A DNA stretch of 64,000 nt from an uncultured Clostridium sp. (lineage in GTDB: Bacteria > Bacillota > Clostridia > TANB77 > CAG-508): positions 69,088 through 133,087 of the forward strand of contig USCB01000001.1 in assembly GCA_900553125.1 (NCBI GenBank). Direction: 5' to 3'. Both the position numbers and the translations under genes were made by a program. Of this stretch, positions 37,990 through 49,723 are shown piece after piece. The number at the start of each line of letters is the position of its first letter. Positions within the stretch are counted from its first letter, which is position 1. Under the pieces are notes generated by a model, which was not told the origin of the DNA, searched no databases, and worked only from the letters and a program-made list of their open reading frames with translations.

Positions 37990-39207
37990 ATGGAAGAAAC
38001 AAGTTTAAAAATAACAGGAGCGAATAAATCGTTTCTAAATAAAATTACAAACACAATTTCAAAAATATTAATACCAACAAAACTAGGTATTAATGGAATG
38101 TTAATTACAGTAAAAAGAAATTCCATGATAAAAGCATTTGAACATTATAAATTAGAAGAAAATGATAAAGAAAACTACGAAAAAAAATATGATGAAGCAT
38201 ATGAAACTTATTTAGAAGCACTTGATAAATATGTAATGGACTCAGTATACAAAAAAGTAAAAAACAATACAGCAACCGAATTTGAAAAAAATGCATTATC
38301 AAAATATTATGGAGTAATATCACTAAAAGAAAACGAATATGTAGAATACAAATTCAGAAAACAAAAATTCCTAATAGAATTGGATAATGAGCATGTAAGA
38401 GAATCTGGAAAAGAAAAAATACAGGAAAAATATAGTAAATTTTATATACAAAAAATGGATTGGTTATATAAAGGAATACTAAAAAATTACTCAATAAAAC
38501 TTGCAGATTCAACGCAAAATTATGATTCATCAAAAGAATGGATATACTTAAAAATTTTTAGTACACTAAGAGAATACATAGAAAATATATTATCATTAAA
38601 AATAGAAGAAGATAAAAAAGAAGAAAACAGAAAACTAATAGAAATTCAAAAAGATTATGAGAATTATGAAACATTTGAAGTTGGAAAGCTTGACCAAAGA
38701 GATAATATAGAAAAAAATATGTTATTATTAGGAATAAGCAGAAAATTATTTACACATAGTCTACCATTAACAGTTGCAGAACAATGTTATATGAAACTAC
38801 TAAAAGATGCAAGATGTTTAGTTCAAGACACAAAAGTTGCAGTAAAAAGAGAAAAAGCATTCAATATGTTAATGAGTTTGATTGAAGACTATAATATAAA
38901 ATTACTATCTACAAAAGTATATTGGGAAAATATGTCTAAAAGAGATGAATTTAAGAAATTCTGGGGAAAATATCAATCAATAAGCAAATTAAAAGATGTT
39001 GATTTTATTGAATATGTAAAACAAAAAGAAGTTCTATTTATAAAAGATGACATGAAAAAAATCGAAGAAGAAAAATGTGATTATACTAAACTAGTAAAAT
39101 ATTATAAACGAAAATTAGTTGATTATGGAGCAATGAAAGAAATACAAGGTTGTAAATCAAAAGGACAATACAAAAAAGTGAAACTTGCTGAGGAGGTAGG
39201 AGCATAA
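37990..39207 (+). CDS. hypothetical Lys/Glu-rich protein
   Basis: Long ORF between yqfD and ybeY. No Walker motif, so not PhoH. ATG 37990 follows AGGAAGAGG. Confidence 0.55.
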   Translation: MEETSLKITGANKSFLNKITNTISKILIPTKLGINGMLITVKRNSMIKAFEHYKLEENDKENYEKKYDEAYETYLEALDKYVMDSVYKKVKNNTATEFEKNALSKYYGVISLKENEYVEYKFRKQKFLIELDNEHVRESGKEKIQEKYSKFYIQKMDWLYKGILKNYSIKLADSTQNYDSSKEWIYLKIFSTLREYIENILSLKIEEDKKEENRKLIEIQKDYENYETFEVGKLDQRDNIEKNMLLLGISRKLFTHSLPLTVAEQCYMKLLKDARCLVQDTKVAVKREKAFNMLMSLIEDYNIKLLSTKVYWENMSKRDEFKKFWGKYQSISKLKDVDFIEYVKQKEVLFIKDDMKKIEEEKCDYTKLVKYYKRKLVDYGAMKEIQGCKSKGQYKKVKLAEEVGA

Positions 39208-39678
39208 GTGTATAAAATAGAATTTTTGGATATAGAAGAAAATACTGAATATGAAGAAACTATTTCAAAAGTATTAAAAGAATGTTTTAAGGTAGAAAAT
39301 CTGCCAGAAGATAAGCTTTTAGTAAGCATAACACTTACAAATCCAGAAAATATAAGAAAACTAAATCAAGAATACAGAAATATTGATAAATCAACAGATG
39401 TATTATCTTTTCCAATGTTTGAAAAAGAAGAAATTGATGACATGGTAAAAAATGCTGTTTGGGATTATAATGACATTTTAGGAGATATGGTAATATCTAT
39501 TGAACAGGTAGAAAAACAGGCTAAAGAGTACGGACATAGTTTTGAGCGAGAACTTAGTTATATGGTTGTACATAGTTTTTATCATTTGATGGGATATGAC
39601 CATATTAAGGAAGAAGATAAAATTGTTATGAGACCTAAAGAAGAGTTTGTTTTGGAGAGATTGGGAATAACAAGATAA
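39208..39678 (+). CDS. ybeY: rRNA maturation endoribonuclease YbeY
   Basis: HSFYHLMGYDH zinc-binding signature. GTG start abuts the upstream stop. Confidence 0.9.
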   Translation: MYKIEFLDIEENTEYEETISKVLKECFKVENLPEDKLLVSITLTNPENIRKLNQEYRNIDKSTDVLSFPMFEKEEIDDMVKNAVWDYNDILGDMVISIEQVEKQAKEYGHSFERELSYMVVHSFYHLMGYDHIKEEDKIVMRPKEEFVLERLGITR

Positions 39679-39680
39679 AA

Positions 39681-39721
39681 AAATAATAGGAGAAAATTTT
39701 TGAGTTTCTCCTATTATTTTT
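39681..39721 (+). terminator. Rho-independent terminator after ybeY
   Basis: 15-bp stem AAATAATAGGAGAAA / TTTCTCCTATTATTT. Confidence 0.75.
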
Positions 39722-39778
39722 TATGTTAGAAAAAGTGTGATTGAATATGACTTTTTCTAACATAAAAATGTTGTATTT

Positions 39779-40849
39779 CTATTTTTCATCTAAATGTTTA
39801 AAATTCATCCAATACTTAATTTTATTTAGAAATTTTAAAATAAAATTATTTGTATTATCAAGAGCGGTTTCAATACCGCCATTTTCCAAGATATTAGATT
39901 TATGTTCTAATTTATTCATCATTTCGATAAAATAATTCTCATAAAAAGTATATCCTGAGATTTTACCAACATATTTATCGAATTTACTAATACGTTTTCT
40001 AAAGCTATCTAGTTCTTCTAAATTGCTAATATTTTTATATTCTTTATCAAAAAATTCCTTAACAATGAGATTTTGACAATTAATATAAGAATTTTTTATT
40101 TTTTCTCTATATTTTAAAACTTTATCTTGAAATTTATTTTCTTTATTACTTTCAAAAATTTTATTATTCAAAATAATGATATCTTCTTCAAATTTCAATA
40201 TGTCATCAAAAGTTTTTTGAATTTTACAAAAAGTCTTTTTGGAAGTATGATTAATAATTTCATTCTTAAAATCATCAGTTGAAAAATAAGTACTTTTAAA
40301 TAATAAATCTTCACCAACAAGAAAGATAAGTTCATTAAGCAAAGCACATTCAACAGGGTAATAAGAAGGACTAGGTGTATAAATATTTATATCATAATAT
40401 TTCTCGAAATCTGGTTCAATTCCTATTATTTTAGCAGCAATATATTGAACTGCTGCCTCATTTAAGCCTGTACCGATGGGTTTTGAATTATTATATGTTG
40501 ATAATCCCATTTTAATAATGTTATCATTTTCATCTTTAACTTCTTGTAAAAAATGTAAACATTCATGAATAGCAAATTCTTCTAGATCTTCATTTGCAAT
40601 ATGAGAATTGAAATATATAGAAGAATTTTTATAGCAGTAATTTGCTTCTGCCATTCCTTCTGGCATATTTGCTTTGTACATATTTAAACTAAAAAGTTTA
40701 GAAAATATATCATCAGCATTTAAGCCAAAATTTGGAAAGGTTTCTACTATTTTTTTTGAGATACTTTTAGTGATTTTTAAAATGATGTCTGTATCTATTT
40801 TCTCTGTAACAATTATTCCATCTTTTACTAAATCTTTTTCTATGTTCAT
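39779..40849 (-). CDS. hypothetical protein with HExxH motif (putative metallopeptidase)
   Basis: 356-aa ORF. FAIHECLHFLQE is the only recognisable motif. Confidence 0.5.
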   Translation of the reverse strand: MNIEKDLVKDGIIVTEKIDTDIILKITKSISKKIVETFPNFGLNADDIFSKLFSLNMYKANMPEGMAEANYCYKNSSIYFNSHIANEDLEEFAIHECLHFLQEVKDENDNIIKMGLSTYNNSKPIGTGLNEAAVQYIAAKIIGIEPDFEKYYDINIYTPSPSYYPVECALLNELIFLVGEDLLFKSTYFSTDDFKNEIINHTSKKTFCKIQKTFDDILKFEEDIIILNNKIFESNKENKFQDKVLKYREKIKNSYINCQNLIVKEFFDKEYKNISNLEELDSFRKRISKFDKYVGKISGYTFYENYFIEMMNKLEHKSNILENGGIETALDNTNNFILKFLNKIKYWMNFKHLDEK

Positions 40850-40874
40850 AAGAAAAGTCCTTTCATTTGTAATC

Positions 40875-41873
40875 TTATATATTTTTTTCTATAATTTTTT
40901 CCATTATTTGAATTGCGTTTGCCGCAGCACCTTTTCTGATATTATCAGCTACACACCATAAATTTAATGTATTTGGCTGACTAAAGTCTCGTCTAATTCT
41001 TCCAACATAAACATCATCTGTTCCATTTGCGACAGTTGCAAGTGGATAAATATTGTTTTGTGGATTATCATAAAGGACAACACCAGGTGCATTTTTTAAG
41101 ATATTTTTTACCTCATCTAAATCAAAATCGTTTTCAAATTCTATATTAATAGACTCTCCATGGCAATTTTCAACTGGTACTCTAACGGTTGTTGCTGTTA
41201 TTCTAATGTCTTGTTTTCCTAAAATTTTTCTTGTTTCATTAATCATTTTGTGTTCTTCTTTGGTATAACCATCTTCCATAAATACATCAATATGTGGCAG
41301 ACAATTATTGTATATTGGGTGTGGGAATTTTTTTAGATTTTCTGAGTCATTCTTATTAAGCAAATCTTCTAATCCATTTTTTCCAGCACCTGAAACTGCT
41401 TGATATGTTGAATATACAATTCTTTTTATTTTATATTTATTATCAAGAGGTTTTAAGGCAACTACTGCTTGAATTGTAGAGCAATTTGGGTTTGCGATAA
41501 TTCCGTGATTTAATTTTATATCTTCAGGATTTACCTCAGGGACAACCAATGGAACATTGTTATCCATTCTAAATGCACTACTATTATCAATTACAATACA
41601 TCCCTTACTTGCAGCAATTGGTGAGAATTTTTTTGAGGTATCTCCACCTGCTGAGAATATTGCAAAGTCAAAGCCTTCATCAAATGAGTTTTCTGTTAGT
41701 TCTTGGGCTATGTATTCTTTTCCTAAGAATTTTATTTTTGTACCTGCTGATTTTTTTGAGCAAAATAGTTTGTATTCAAAATTTGGCAAGTTTTTTTCTT
41801 CTAGTATTTTTAAGGCCGTTCTTCCAACTAAGCCTGTTGCACCTACTATGGCTAGTTTATAGGTTTTATTCAT
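40875..41873 (-). CDS. asd: aspartate-semialdehyde dehydrogenase
   Basis: VGATGLVG N-terminus, active-site IANPNCSTIQ, QAVSGAG. Confidence 0.95.
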   Translation of the reverse strand: MNKTYKLAIVGATGLVGRTALKILEEKNLPNFEYKLFCSKKSAGTKIKFLGKEYIAQELTENSFDEGFDFAIFSAGGDTSKKFSPIAASKGCIVIDNSSAFRMDNNVPLVVPEVNPEDIKLNHGIIANPNCSTIQAVVALKPLDNKYKIKRIVYSTYQAVSGAGKNGLEDLLNKNDSENLKKFPHPIYNNCLPHIDVFMEDGYTKEEHKMINETRKILGKQDIRITATTVRVPVENCHGESINIEFENDFDLDEVKNILKNAPGVVLYDNPQNNIYPLATVANGTDDVYVGRIRRDFSQPNTLNLWCVADNIRKGAAANAIQIMEKIIEKNI

Positions 41874-41978
41874 ATTTTTTCTCCTTTCGATTAAAGAGAT
41901 TTTTCTTTAGATATTATATGTTAAAAGTGTGGATTTTGTCAATGAAGATATAAAGGTTTTAAAAAATATTTGAGATAA

Positions 41979-43340
<1,362 letters not shown>

Positions 43341-43353
43341 AAGGAGCAGAAAA

Positions 43354-43932
43354 ATGTTACCAATGGAAATAGAAAGAAAATTTACTATAAATTATTTGCC
43401 AGATAATATAAAAAGTATAACAAAAATAACACAAAAACATATTTTTAAAGATATGGTGTGTTCAATTAGGGTTAGAAGAAGTATAAATATGTATACAGGA
43501 GAAAAAATATTTACACATACAATAAAGGCAAGGACGGAAAATTTAGAAAAATATTCAATATGTGAATTAGAAAAAAATATAACGGAAGAAGAATATAATA
43601 AATCAAGACCTTTTAGGGGAAGTAGGACAATTCAAAAATATAGATGTGTTGTTCCAATTCAAGATGGTTTAAAGGTTGAAATTGATGTATTTGAAGGATG
43701 GCTTAAAGGTTTAATTATTGCAGAAGTTGAGTTTAAAAGCTCTAAACAAGCTGAAGAGTTTAAAATGCCAAATTGGTTTGGTGGACCTCTGGAAAACAGA
43801 GCTTTTTCAAATAGAGCTTTATCTACTAAAAGCAGACACGAAGTTGTTGGTATGATAGGTAGAGAACAATTTAATGTTAATAAGAGAATTTTAAATTATT
43901 TGCAGAAAAGAGTTTTGAAAAATAGAATATAG
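43354..43932 (+). CDS. CYTH-domain (triphosphate tunnel metalloenzyme) protein
   Basis: N-terminal EIERKF motif and AEVEF motif. AGGAG RBS before ATG 43354. Confidence 0.8.
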   Translation: MLPMEIERKFTINYLPDNIKSITKITQKHIFKDMVCSIRVRRSINMYTGEKIFTHTIKARTENLEKYSICELEKNITEEEYNKSRPFRGSRTIQKYRCVVPIQDGLKVEIDVFEGWLKGLIIAEVEFKSSKQAEEFKMPNWFGGPLENRAFSNRALSTKSRHEVVGMIGREQFNVNKRILNYLQKRVLKNRI

Positions 43933-43989
43933 TAAAAAGAGACACGTAAATTTTAGTTTATGTGTCTTTTTTTACTATATAGTTTAAAG

Positions 43990-46146
43990 TTATTCTTTTG
44001 ATTTAGAGATTGCTATATAATATCTAATATCAAAATAACTAACATCTTCAGGCAAAGCCTCTTTAATAGGTTTAAGTTTTTCGATACCGATATCATTAAT
44101 AGCTTTTTCTATTTCAGTTTTAAATTCTGTATGAACATATTTAGTAAGATCCAAATCCATACCTTTTTCCAAACAATCAATTAAATGATTTTCAATACTA
44201 ATTCTAGTAAGTCCTCTTTCACTTGCAATATCCTCGATAGACATTCCGTTTGTATACATTTCATAAGTTATAAGCCTTGTATCTTGTTTTTGAGTTTTAG
44301 TTTTTTGTGGTTTAGCTAAATTATAAACTTTTATATTGTTTTTTGAAACATAATCTGAAATAGTTTCTATAAATCTATTCCCATATTTAACAAGTTTATT
44401 TAATCCAACTCCCTCAATTTTAAGCATACTTTCCGCATCTGTTGGATAGAATGTGGACATCTGTTTCAAACTTACATCAGAAAATACAATAAATGGGGCA
44501 ATAAAATTTTCATTTGCAATTTTCTTTCTTAAATCAGACAAAATCACAAATAAGTTTTCATCAAATTTTGTTTGGATTGTATTAGTTTGAGCTTTATTAG
44601 ATGCAGACCTACTTTCAGCTTTATTCAATTTAAGTTTAGTATAAACCTTAGCGCCATTAAATAAAACATCATTAGATAATGGAGTAAGCATTAAAACAGG
44701 ATATTTATCACCAACACTTTTAATATATCCTTCAGTTATCAAGTAGGAAATCAAATCTCGTAAACTATCTTTTGGATAATCTTTCATAATTCCATAAGTA
44801 GACAAATTATCAAACCCAAAACTTAAAATTCTAGCCCCTTTAGAACCTCTCAAAACATCAACAACCATACTACTGCCAAAACGTTCATTCATTCTTTTAA
44901 TACAAGAAAGAATTTTTTGAGTGTCTGCCGTAATATCTGTAAGCTCACTATCATCTAAGCAATTACTACAATTTCCACAATTATCAAAATCAGTTGTTTC
45001 ACCAAAATATTCCAAAATATATTTTCGTAAACATTTATCAGTATTACAATAATCAACCATATCATTTAATTTTTCATATTCCTGATAATGTGAAGTTCCA
45101 GATGGAATTGATTCAATCAAAACTTTATTTGTGACAATATCACTTCTGCTAAATAACAAAATGCAATCAGCTTTTTCGCCATCACGTCCACCACGACCTG
45201 CTTCTTGATAATAACTTTCTAAGTCTTTAGGCATATTGTAATGAATAACATATCTGATATTTGATTTATCAATTCCCATTCCAAAAGCATTTGTTGCAAC
45301 CATTATTTTAGTTCTATCAAATGTAAAATCTTCTTGTGATAATCTTCTTTGTTTTTCAGTCATACCACCGTGATATTTTGAAACAGAAAGATCTAAATCG
45401 GATAATTTATCAAAAACAGTATCAACATTTTTTCTAGTTAAACAATAAATAATACCAGCCTCATTTTTGTGCTCATCTAAATAAGTTTCTATAAAATCGA
45501 ATTTATCGAGCGGAGTTTCTACAGAAAATTTAAGATTTTTTCTGTCAAAACCAGTTGTTAAACAATATGGATTTTCTAGATGAAGCAAATTTACTATATC
45601 ATTTTTTACAAGTTCGGTTGCAGTTGCGGTAAATGCAGAAACAATAGGACGTTTTTTTAGATTTAGAATCATATTTGCAATTTCACAATAACTTGGTCTA
45701 AAATCATGTCCCCATTGAGAGACACAGTGTGCTTCATCTATTGTAATCATTGAAATATTTATTTTATTTAGTAAATTCAAAAATGTGTCTGAATTTAACC
45801 TTTCCGGTGCAACATATATAATTTTGTAAACATTATGAATTATATTTTCAATTGTTTGTTCATAATTATTATATGAAAGTGTACTATTTATAAATGTTGC
45901 AGGAATTCCTATTTCATTTAATGAATCAACTTGATCTTTCATTAAAGAAATTAAAGGAGAAATTACAATAGTAATGCCATCTAAAATCATTGCAGGAACT
46001 TGGTAACAAACAGACTTACCAGCACCTGTTGGCATAATTCCCAAAACATCTTCCTTACTTAAAATGTGATCGATTAATTCTTCTTGTCCTGGTCTAAAAT
46101 TTTCATAACCAAAGTATTTTTTTAGTATATTTTGTGCTTCGTTCAA
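43990..46146 (-). CDS. recQ: ATP-dependent DNA helicase RecQ
   Basis: GIMPTGAGKS Walker A, DEAH box (TIDEAHCVSQWGHDFR), Zn-binding Cys cluster, RQC and HRDC regions. Confidence 0.95.
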   Translation of the reverse strand: MNEAQNILKKYFGYENFRPGQEELIDHILSKEDVLGIMPTGAGKSVCYQVPAMILDGITIVISPLISLMKDQVDSLNEIGIPATFINSTLSYNNYEQTIENIIHNVYKIIYVAPERLNSDTFLNLLNKINISMITIDEAHCVSQWGHDFRPSYCEIANMILNLKKRPIVSAFTATATELVKNDIVNLLHLENPYCLTTGFDRKNLKFSVETPLDKFDFIETYLDEHKNEAGIIYCLTRKNVDTVFDKLSDLDLSVSKYHGGMTEKQRRLSQEDFTFDRTKIMVATNAFGMGIDKSNIRYVIHYNMPKDLESYYQEAGRGGRDGEKADCILLFSRSDIVTNKVLIESIPSGTSHYQEYEKLNDMVDYCNTDKCLRKYILEYFGETTDFDNCGNCSNCLDDSELTDITADTQKILSCIKRMNERFGSSMVVDVLRGSKGARILSFGFDNLSTYGIMKDYPKDSLRDLISYLITEGYIKSVGDKYPVLMLTPLSNDVLFNGAKVYTKLKLNKAESRSASNKAQTNTIQTKFDENLFVILSDLRKKIANENFIAPFIVFSDVSLKQMSTFYPTDAESMLKIEGVGLNKLVKYGNRFIETISDYVSKNNIKVYNLAKPQKTKTQKQDTRLITYEMYTNGMSIEDIASERGLTRISIENHLIDCLEKGMDLDLTKYVHTEFKTEIEKAINDIGIEKLKPIKEALPEDVSYFDIRYYIAISKSKE

Positions 46147-46240
46147 TATTTCAACCTCTTTTCGTTTATTTATAAAGGAATTATAGCATCTTTAAAATGA
46201 AAAAACAATCGAAATTTGTCGAATGAAACATTTTTTCTGA

Positions 46241-46321
46241 TTGGGGACGGTTCTTTTCGAGAAATGTTCTTTTGTGACCGGTTCTTTTGTGAACATTTTT
46301 AGTAAAAAGAACCGTCCCCAA
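46241..46321. repeat. compound copy of the GC-rich palindromic element (outer arms plus nested half-copy)
   Basis: Outer arms TTGGGGACGGTTCTTTT (46241-46257) / AAAAGAACCGTCCCCAA (46305-46321). The interior carries GACCGGTTCTTTT and AAATGTTC...GAACATTT. It lies in the divergent recQ/upp region. Confidence 0.75.
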
Positions 46322-46397
46322 TGCGAAAAAAGTTGAAATAAAAATATAATATGATATAATCTAAGCATAAAATATATTTCGAAAGGAAGTAAAAAGA

Positions 46398-47021
46398 ATG
46401 GTAAACGAAATCAAACACCCACTAATTGAACACAAACTAACAATACTAAGAGATAAAAGAACAGGAACAAAAGAATTTAGAGAACTTGCAAGTGAAATTG
46501 CAACAATATTATGTTATGAAGCAATGAAAGACGCAAGACTAGAAGAAGTAGAAATAGAAACACCTTTACAAAAAATAAAAACAGGAAAAATAGATGAAAA
46601 CAAATATGCATTTGTACCAATTTTAAGAGCAGGAATGGGAATGACAGAAGGAATAGAAAATTTAATACCAAATGCAAAAATAGGAGTTGTAGGATTATAT
46701 AGAAATGAAGAAACTTTGAAACCAGTAAAATATTACTATAAAGTTCCAAAAGATATAGCAAATAGAACAGTAATATTATTAGATCCAATGCTTGCAACAG
46801 GAGGTTCTGCAATAGATGCAATCTCTATGCTTAAAGAAGATGGAGTTAAAAATATAAAATTCTTATGTATAATTGCTGCTCCAGAAGGAATAAAAAAGTT
46901 AGAAGAAACATATCCTGATGTAGAAGTGTATTGTGCTAAGATTGATGAAAAATTGAATGAAAACGGATATATTTTACCTGGTCTTGGTGATGCGGGTGAT
47001 AGAATATTTGGAACAAAATAG
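46398..47021 (+). CDS. upp: uracil phosphoribosyltransferase
   Basis: [21 protein letters not shown] and [10 protein letters not shown] motifs. Confidence 0.95.
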   Translation: MVNEIKHPLIEHKLTILRDKRTGTKEFRELASEIATILCYEAMKDARLEEVEIETPLQKIKTGKIDENKYAFVPILRAGMGMTEGIENLIPNAKIGVVGLYRNEETLKPVKYYYKVPKDIANRTVILLDPMLATGGSAIDAISMLKEDGVKNIKFLCIIAAPEGIKKLEETYPDVEVYCAKIDEKLNENGYILPGLGDAGDRIFGTK

Positions 47022-47026
47022 TAATT

Positions 47027-47080
47027 TTTTCTGATTGGGGACGGTTCTTTTCGGAAAAAGAACCGTCCCCAATCAGAAAA
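47027..47080. repeat. GC-rich palindromic element (perfect hairpin; likely also the upp terminator)
   Basis: 25-bp arms TTTTCTGATTGGGGACGGTTCTTTT / AAAAGAACCGTCCCCAATCAGAAAA with a CGGA loop. Confidence 0.8.
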
Positions 47081-47093
47081 GAAGGGAGAAAAT

Positions 47094-47717
47094 ATGAAAG
47101 TATTACTAATAAATGGAGGTCCACATAAAGATGGATGTACGAACCTAGCCTTAGAAGAAGTTGCAAAAACACTAAACAAAGAAAACATAAAAACAGAACT
47201 AATATGGCTAGAAAACAAACCAATAGGAGGATGTATAGGATGTAACCATTGCTTGCAAACAAACAATAGGTGTTTTATGAATGACAAAGTAAACGAATTC
47301 TTAGATAAGGAAGAAACAGCAGATGGCTTTGTATTCGGTAGCCCAGTACATTTTGCAGCAGCATCAGGAGCAATTACATCTTTTTTAGATAGAGTATTTT
47401 ATGGAAGAGGAAAAATGTTTTCTGGAAAGCTATGTGCATCAGTTGTAAGTTGTAGAAGGGGAGGAGCTACAGCAGCTTTTGACCAGCTAAATAAATATGC
47501 ACTAATGAGCAATATGTTTATTGTTGGTAGTTCATATTGGAATCAAATTCATGGAACTAATAAAGAAGAGGCAGCCAAAGATTTAGAAGGGCTGCAGACA
47601 ATGAGAAATCTTGGAATGAATATGGCTTATATGCTTAAATGTATGAAGATAGGAAAAGAAAGTGGAATTGAAAAACCAGAGTATGAAAATGGTAATAAGA
47701 CTAATTTTATAAGGTGA
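47094..47717 (+). CDS. flavodoxin-fold NAD(P)H-dependent FMN reductase / iron-sulfur-flavoprotein-like protein
   Basis: MKVLLINGGPHKDGCT..., GCIGCNHC cluster and FGSPVHFAAASG. Confidence 0.7.
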   Translation: MKVLLINGGPHKDGCTNLALEEVAKTLNKENIKTELIWLENKPIGGCIGCNHCLQTNNRCFMNDKVNEFLDKEETADGFVFGSPVHFAAASGAITSFLDRVFYGRGKMFSGKLCASVVSCRRGGATAAFDQLNKYALMSNMFIVGSSYWNQIHGTNKEEAAKDLEGLQTMRNLGMNMAYMLKCMKIGKESGIEKPEYENGNKTNFIR

Positions 47718-47827
47718 GTTAGAATTTTATTACGAATTTCAGACTTTTTTACTAACCTATTGTAACAAATATAGAAATAATATATAATAGAGATATGGTA
47801 AAATAATAATTTTTACAATATATTAAA

Positions 47828-48988
47828 ATGAAAAGAGGGAATGAGTTTTTACTCGATATAAATATGGGATTAATAAATAAAATAAGAGAATTTATAAATA
47901 AAATTAAAAAAAGTGATACAAAAATGCTAGAGGCACCACCACGTGAAGATAGTGTCAATATAAAACAGGAAAATGAAAATAATAATGTATATAATAAAAA
48001 TGTAAATAAAATGGAACAATATGTTATAAAAAAAGAACAAAGACCAATTACGCCATCGGTTTTAAAGTTGAATAAAATTGATGGAGCAATAGAACAGTAC
48101 TTGTATAGTTTAATTTCTTTAAAGATGGAGAATCAAAACATAACTAGTTATAGAGCATTAACTGAAGCTTGTGCATTTATGGATAGGTATAATCCTGGAA
48201 GAAATAAAGAAACTGAAAATATACTTTTAAATAATATAAAAAATAATGATAAATATAGATTATTAATACAAAAACAGCAAAACACAGGTTTAGCGGTATA
48301 TTATCATATAGCTAAAGGTAATGCGGCAAAGTATGTTGGAAGAATATATTTAAACTGTAAAAGAGAGAATGTTGCTTTGTTGGTAAATAGCCTAATAAAT
48401 GAATTCAATGATTTAGATTCATTTTATTTAAAATTTGTGTCTGACAATAAAATGCAAGAAAGGGGAAGAACAGATAGGATTGTAATATTTATACCCAATA
48501 ATAGAGAAGAAGATAAAAAAATAGAAAAATGTATTTATAAATTACAATCAGAAAGACCTGAATTATTTGTAGATGAAACTGCGAATAACCCATTTTTGGA
48601 GTCGAGAGGAAATGTAATGTATGCATTAGAACCGGATACAGAGCAATATGTTACGTTAAGCGGGAGAATTGAAATAATAGATAAGAGTTATAATACATTT
48701 TTGGCAAAAGCACTGGAGGAGTCATATTTAAAAGCTATAAAAGAAATGGTTACACAAGATAATCAATTATATGAGAAATTTGGAGAAATGATAGATAATA
48801 ATTCTATAAATAATACATTAAATATATTAGAAAACATTATGAATAATTCTAATAAGGAATTGATTTTAATAGAAAAAATAAAATCAAATTTAAGAATTTG
48901 TCAGCAAAATAATAAATGTTTAAGAATAAAGGGACTAAATGAAAGAAGAGATACACCGAATAATTCAATAGATGATTCTCCAAGATAA
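47828..48988 (+). CDS. hypothetical protein
   Basis: 386-aa ORF. The only weak resemblance is a RIYLNCK...YLKF...RTDRIVIFI pattern reminiscent of HopA1/LanKC-lyase-type domains (low confidence). Confidence 0.5.
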   Translation: MKRGNEFLLDINMGLINKIREFINKIKKSDTKMLEAPPREDSVNIKQENENNNVYNKNVNKMEQYVIKKEQRPITPSVLKLNKIDGAIEQYLYSLISLKMENQNITSYRALTEACAFMDRYNPGRNKETENILLNNIKNNDKYRLLIQKQQNTGLAVYYHIAKGNAAKYVGRIYLNCKRENVALLVNSLINEFNDLDSFYLKFVSDNKMQERGRTDRIVIFIPNNREEDKKIEKCIYKLQSERPELFVDETANNPFLESRGNVMYALEPDTEQYVTLSGRIEIIDKSYNTFLAKALEESYLKAIKEMVTQDNQLYEKFGEMIDNNSINNTLNILENIMNNSNKELILIEKIKSNLRICQQNNKCLRIKGLNERRDTPNNSIDDSPR

Positions 48989-49042
48989 AAATCACTTTTT
49001 TCAATAATATTCATAAAATAATATTATTGAAGGAGGCTAAAG

Positions 49043-49723
49043 ATGGCAAGAATAATAGTTTTTAATAATGATACAAACCGAATGGAAAATTACACAAGAA
49101 CAGAAACAGCTGCAATGCCATATAACACAAATAGAACATTAACAGTGAGAGAATTTAGAGGGTCAAGTAATTCAAATATATTGTGGACTACAAAAAGAAC
49201 GATGCAAAGTTGGAACAGTCAAAGATACATATGGGGAGGACCAATACCAGTAGGTTTTGCATTTAAAAGACCTTATGAAGGGGGACATGGAACACAAAGT
49301 CAACATTATGCAGGAGTTGCATTTGATGTAGGGCAAACATTATCGCAAACTAGAAGAAGAGCTTTATGGAATAGTGCAAATTCATCTGGTATATGGAGCT
49401 ATGTAGAGCCAATTAGCTTGACACCAACATGGGTTCATTGGGATAAAAGATTTGGAACACCAGCATGTTCAAGTGGTGGATATCCACTAATAAAAAGGGG
49501 AAGTATAAGCAATTATGTTCTTATTGCACAAGACGATTTAAATACATTAGGATTCCCAACAGGTGGTTTAGATGGAATATTTGGTGCACAAACTCAGACA
49601 GCTGTGAGGAATTATCAAAGAAAAGTAGGATTATCTGCTGATGGAATTGTAGGATGCAATACATGGAGGGCTTTGCAAGAAGCGGTTATAGGTACAGGAG
49701 CAACAAGCACAACTATAAATTAA
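49043..49723 (+). CDS. M15-type zinc peptidase-like protein with C-terminal peptidoglycan-binding (PG_binding_1) domain
   Basis: SQHYAGVAFDV (H..G.A.D) and WVHWD motifs. The C-terminal part reads LGFPTGGLDGIFGAQTQTAVRNYQRKVGLSADGIVGCNTWRAL. Confidence 0.65.
   Translation: MARIIVFNNDTNRMENYTRTETAAMPYNTNRTLTVREFRGSSNSNILWTTKRTMQSWNSQRYIWGGPIPVGFAFKRPYEGGHGTQSQHYAGVAFDVGQTLSQTRRRALWNSANSSGIWSYVEPISLTPTWVHWDKRFGTPACSSGGYPLIKRGSISNYVLIAQDDLNTLGFPTGGLDGIFGAQTQTAVRNYQRKVGLSADGIVGCNTWRALQEAVIGTGATSTTIN

Noticed and set aside
41557-41953. Two + strand ORFs (101 and 126 aa) antisense to asd.
   Set aside because: They lie antisense to a highly conserved gene and show low-complexity composition.
46736-47287. 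183-aa and 108-aa minus-strand ORFs spanning the upp 3' end, the palindromic element and the flavodoxin-like gene start.
   Set aside because: They overlap two well-supported + strand genes. The central part is just a translation of the repeat (KEPSPIRK).
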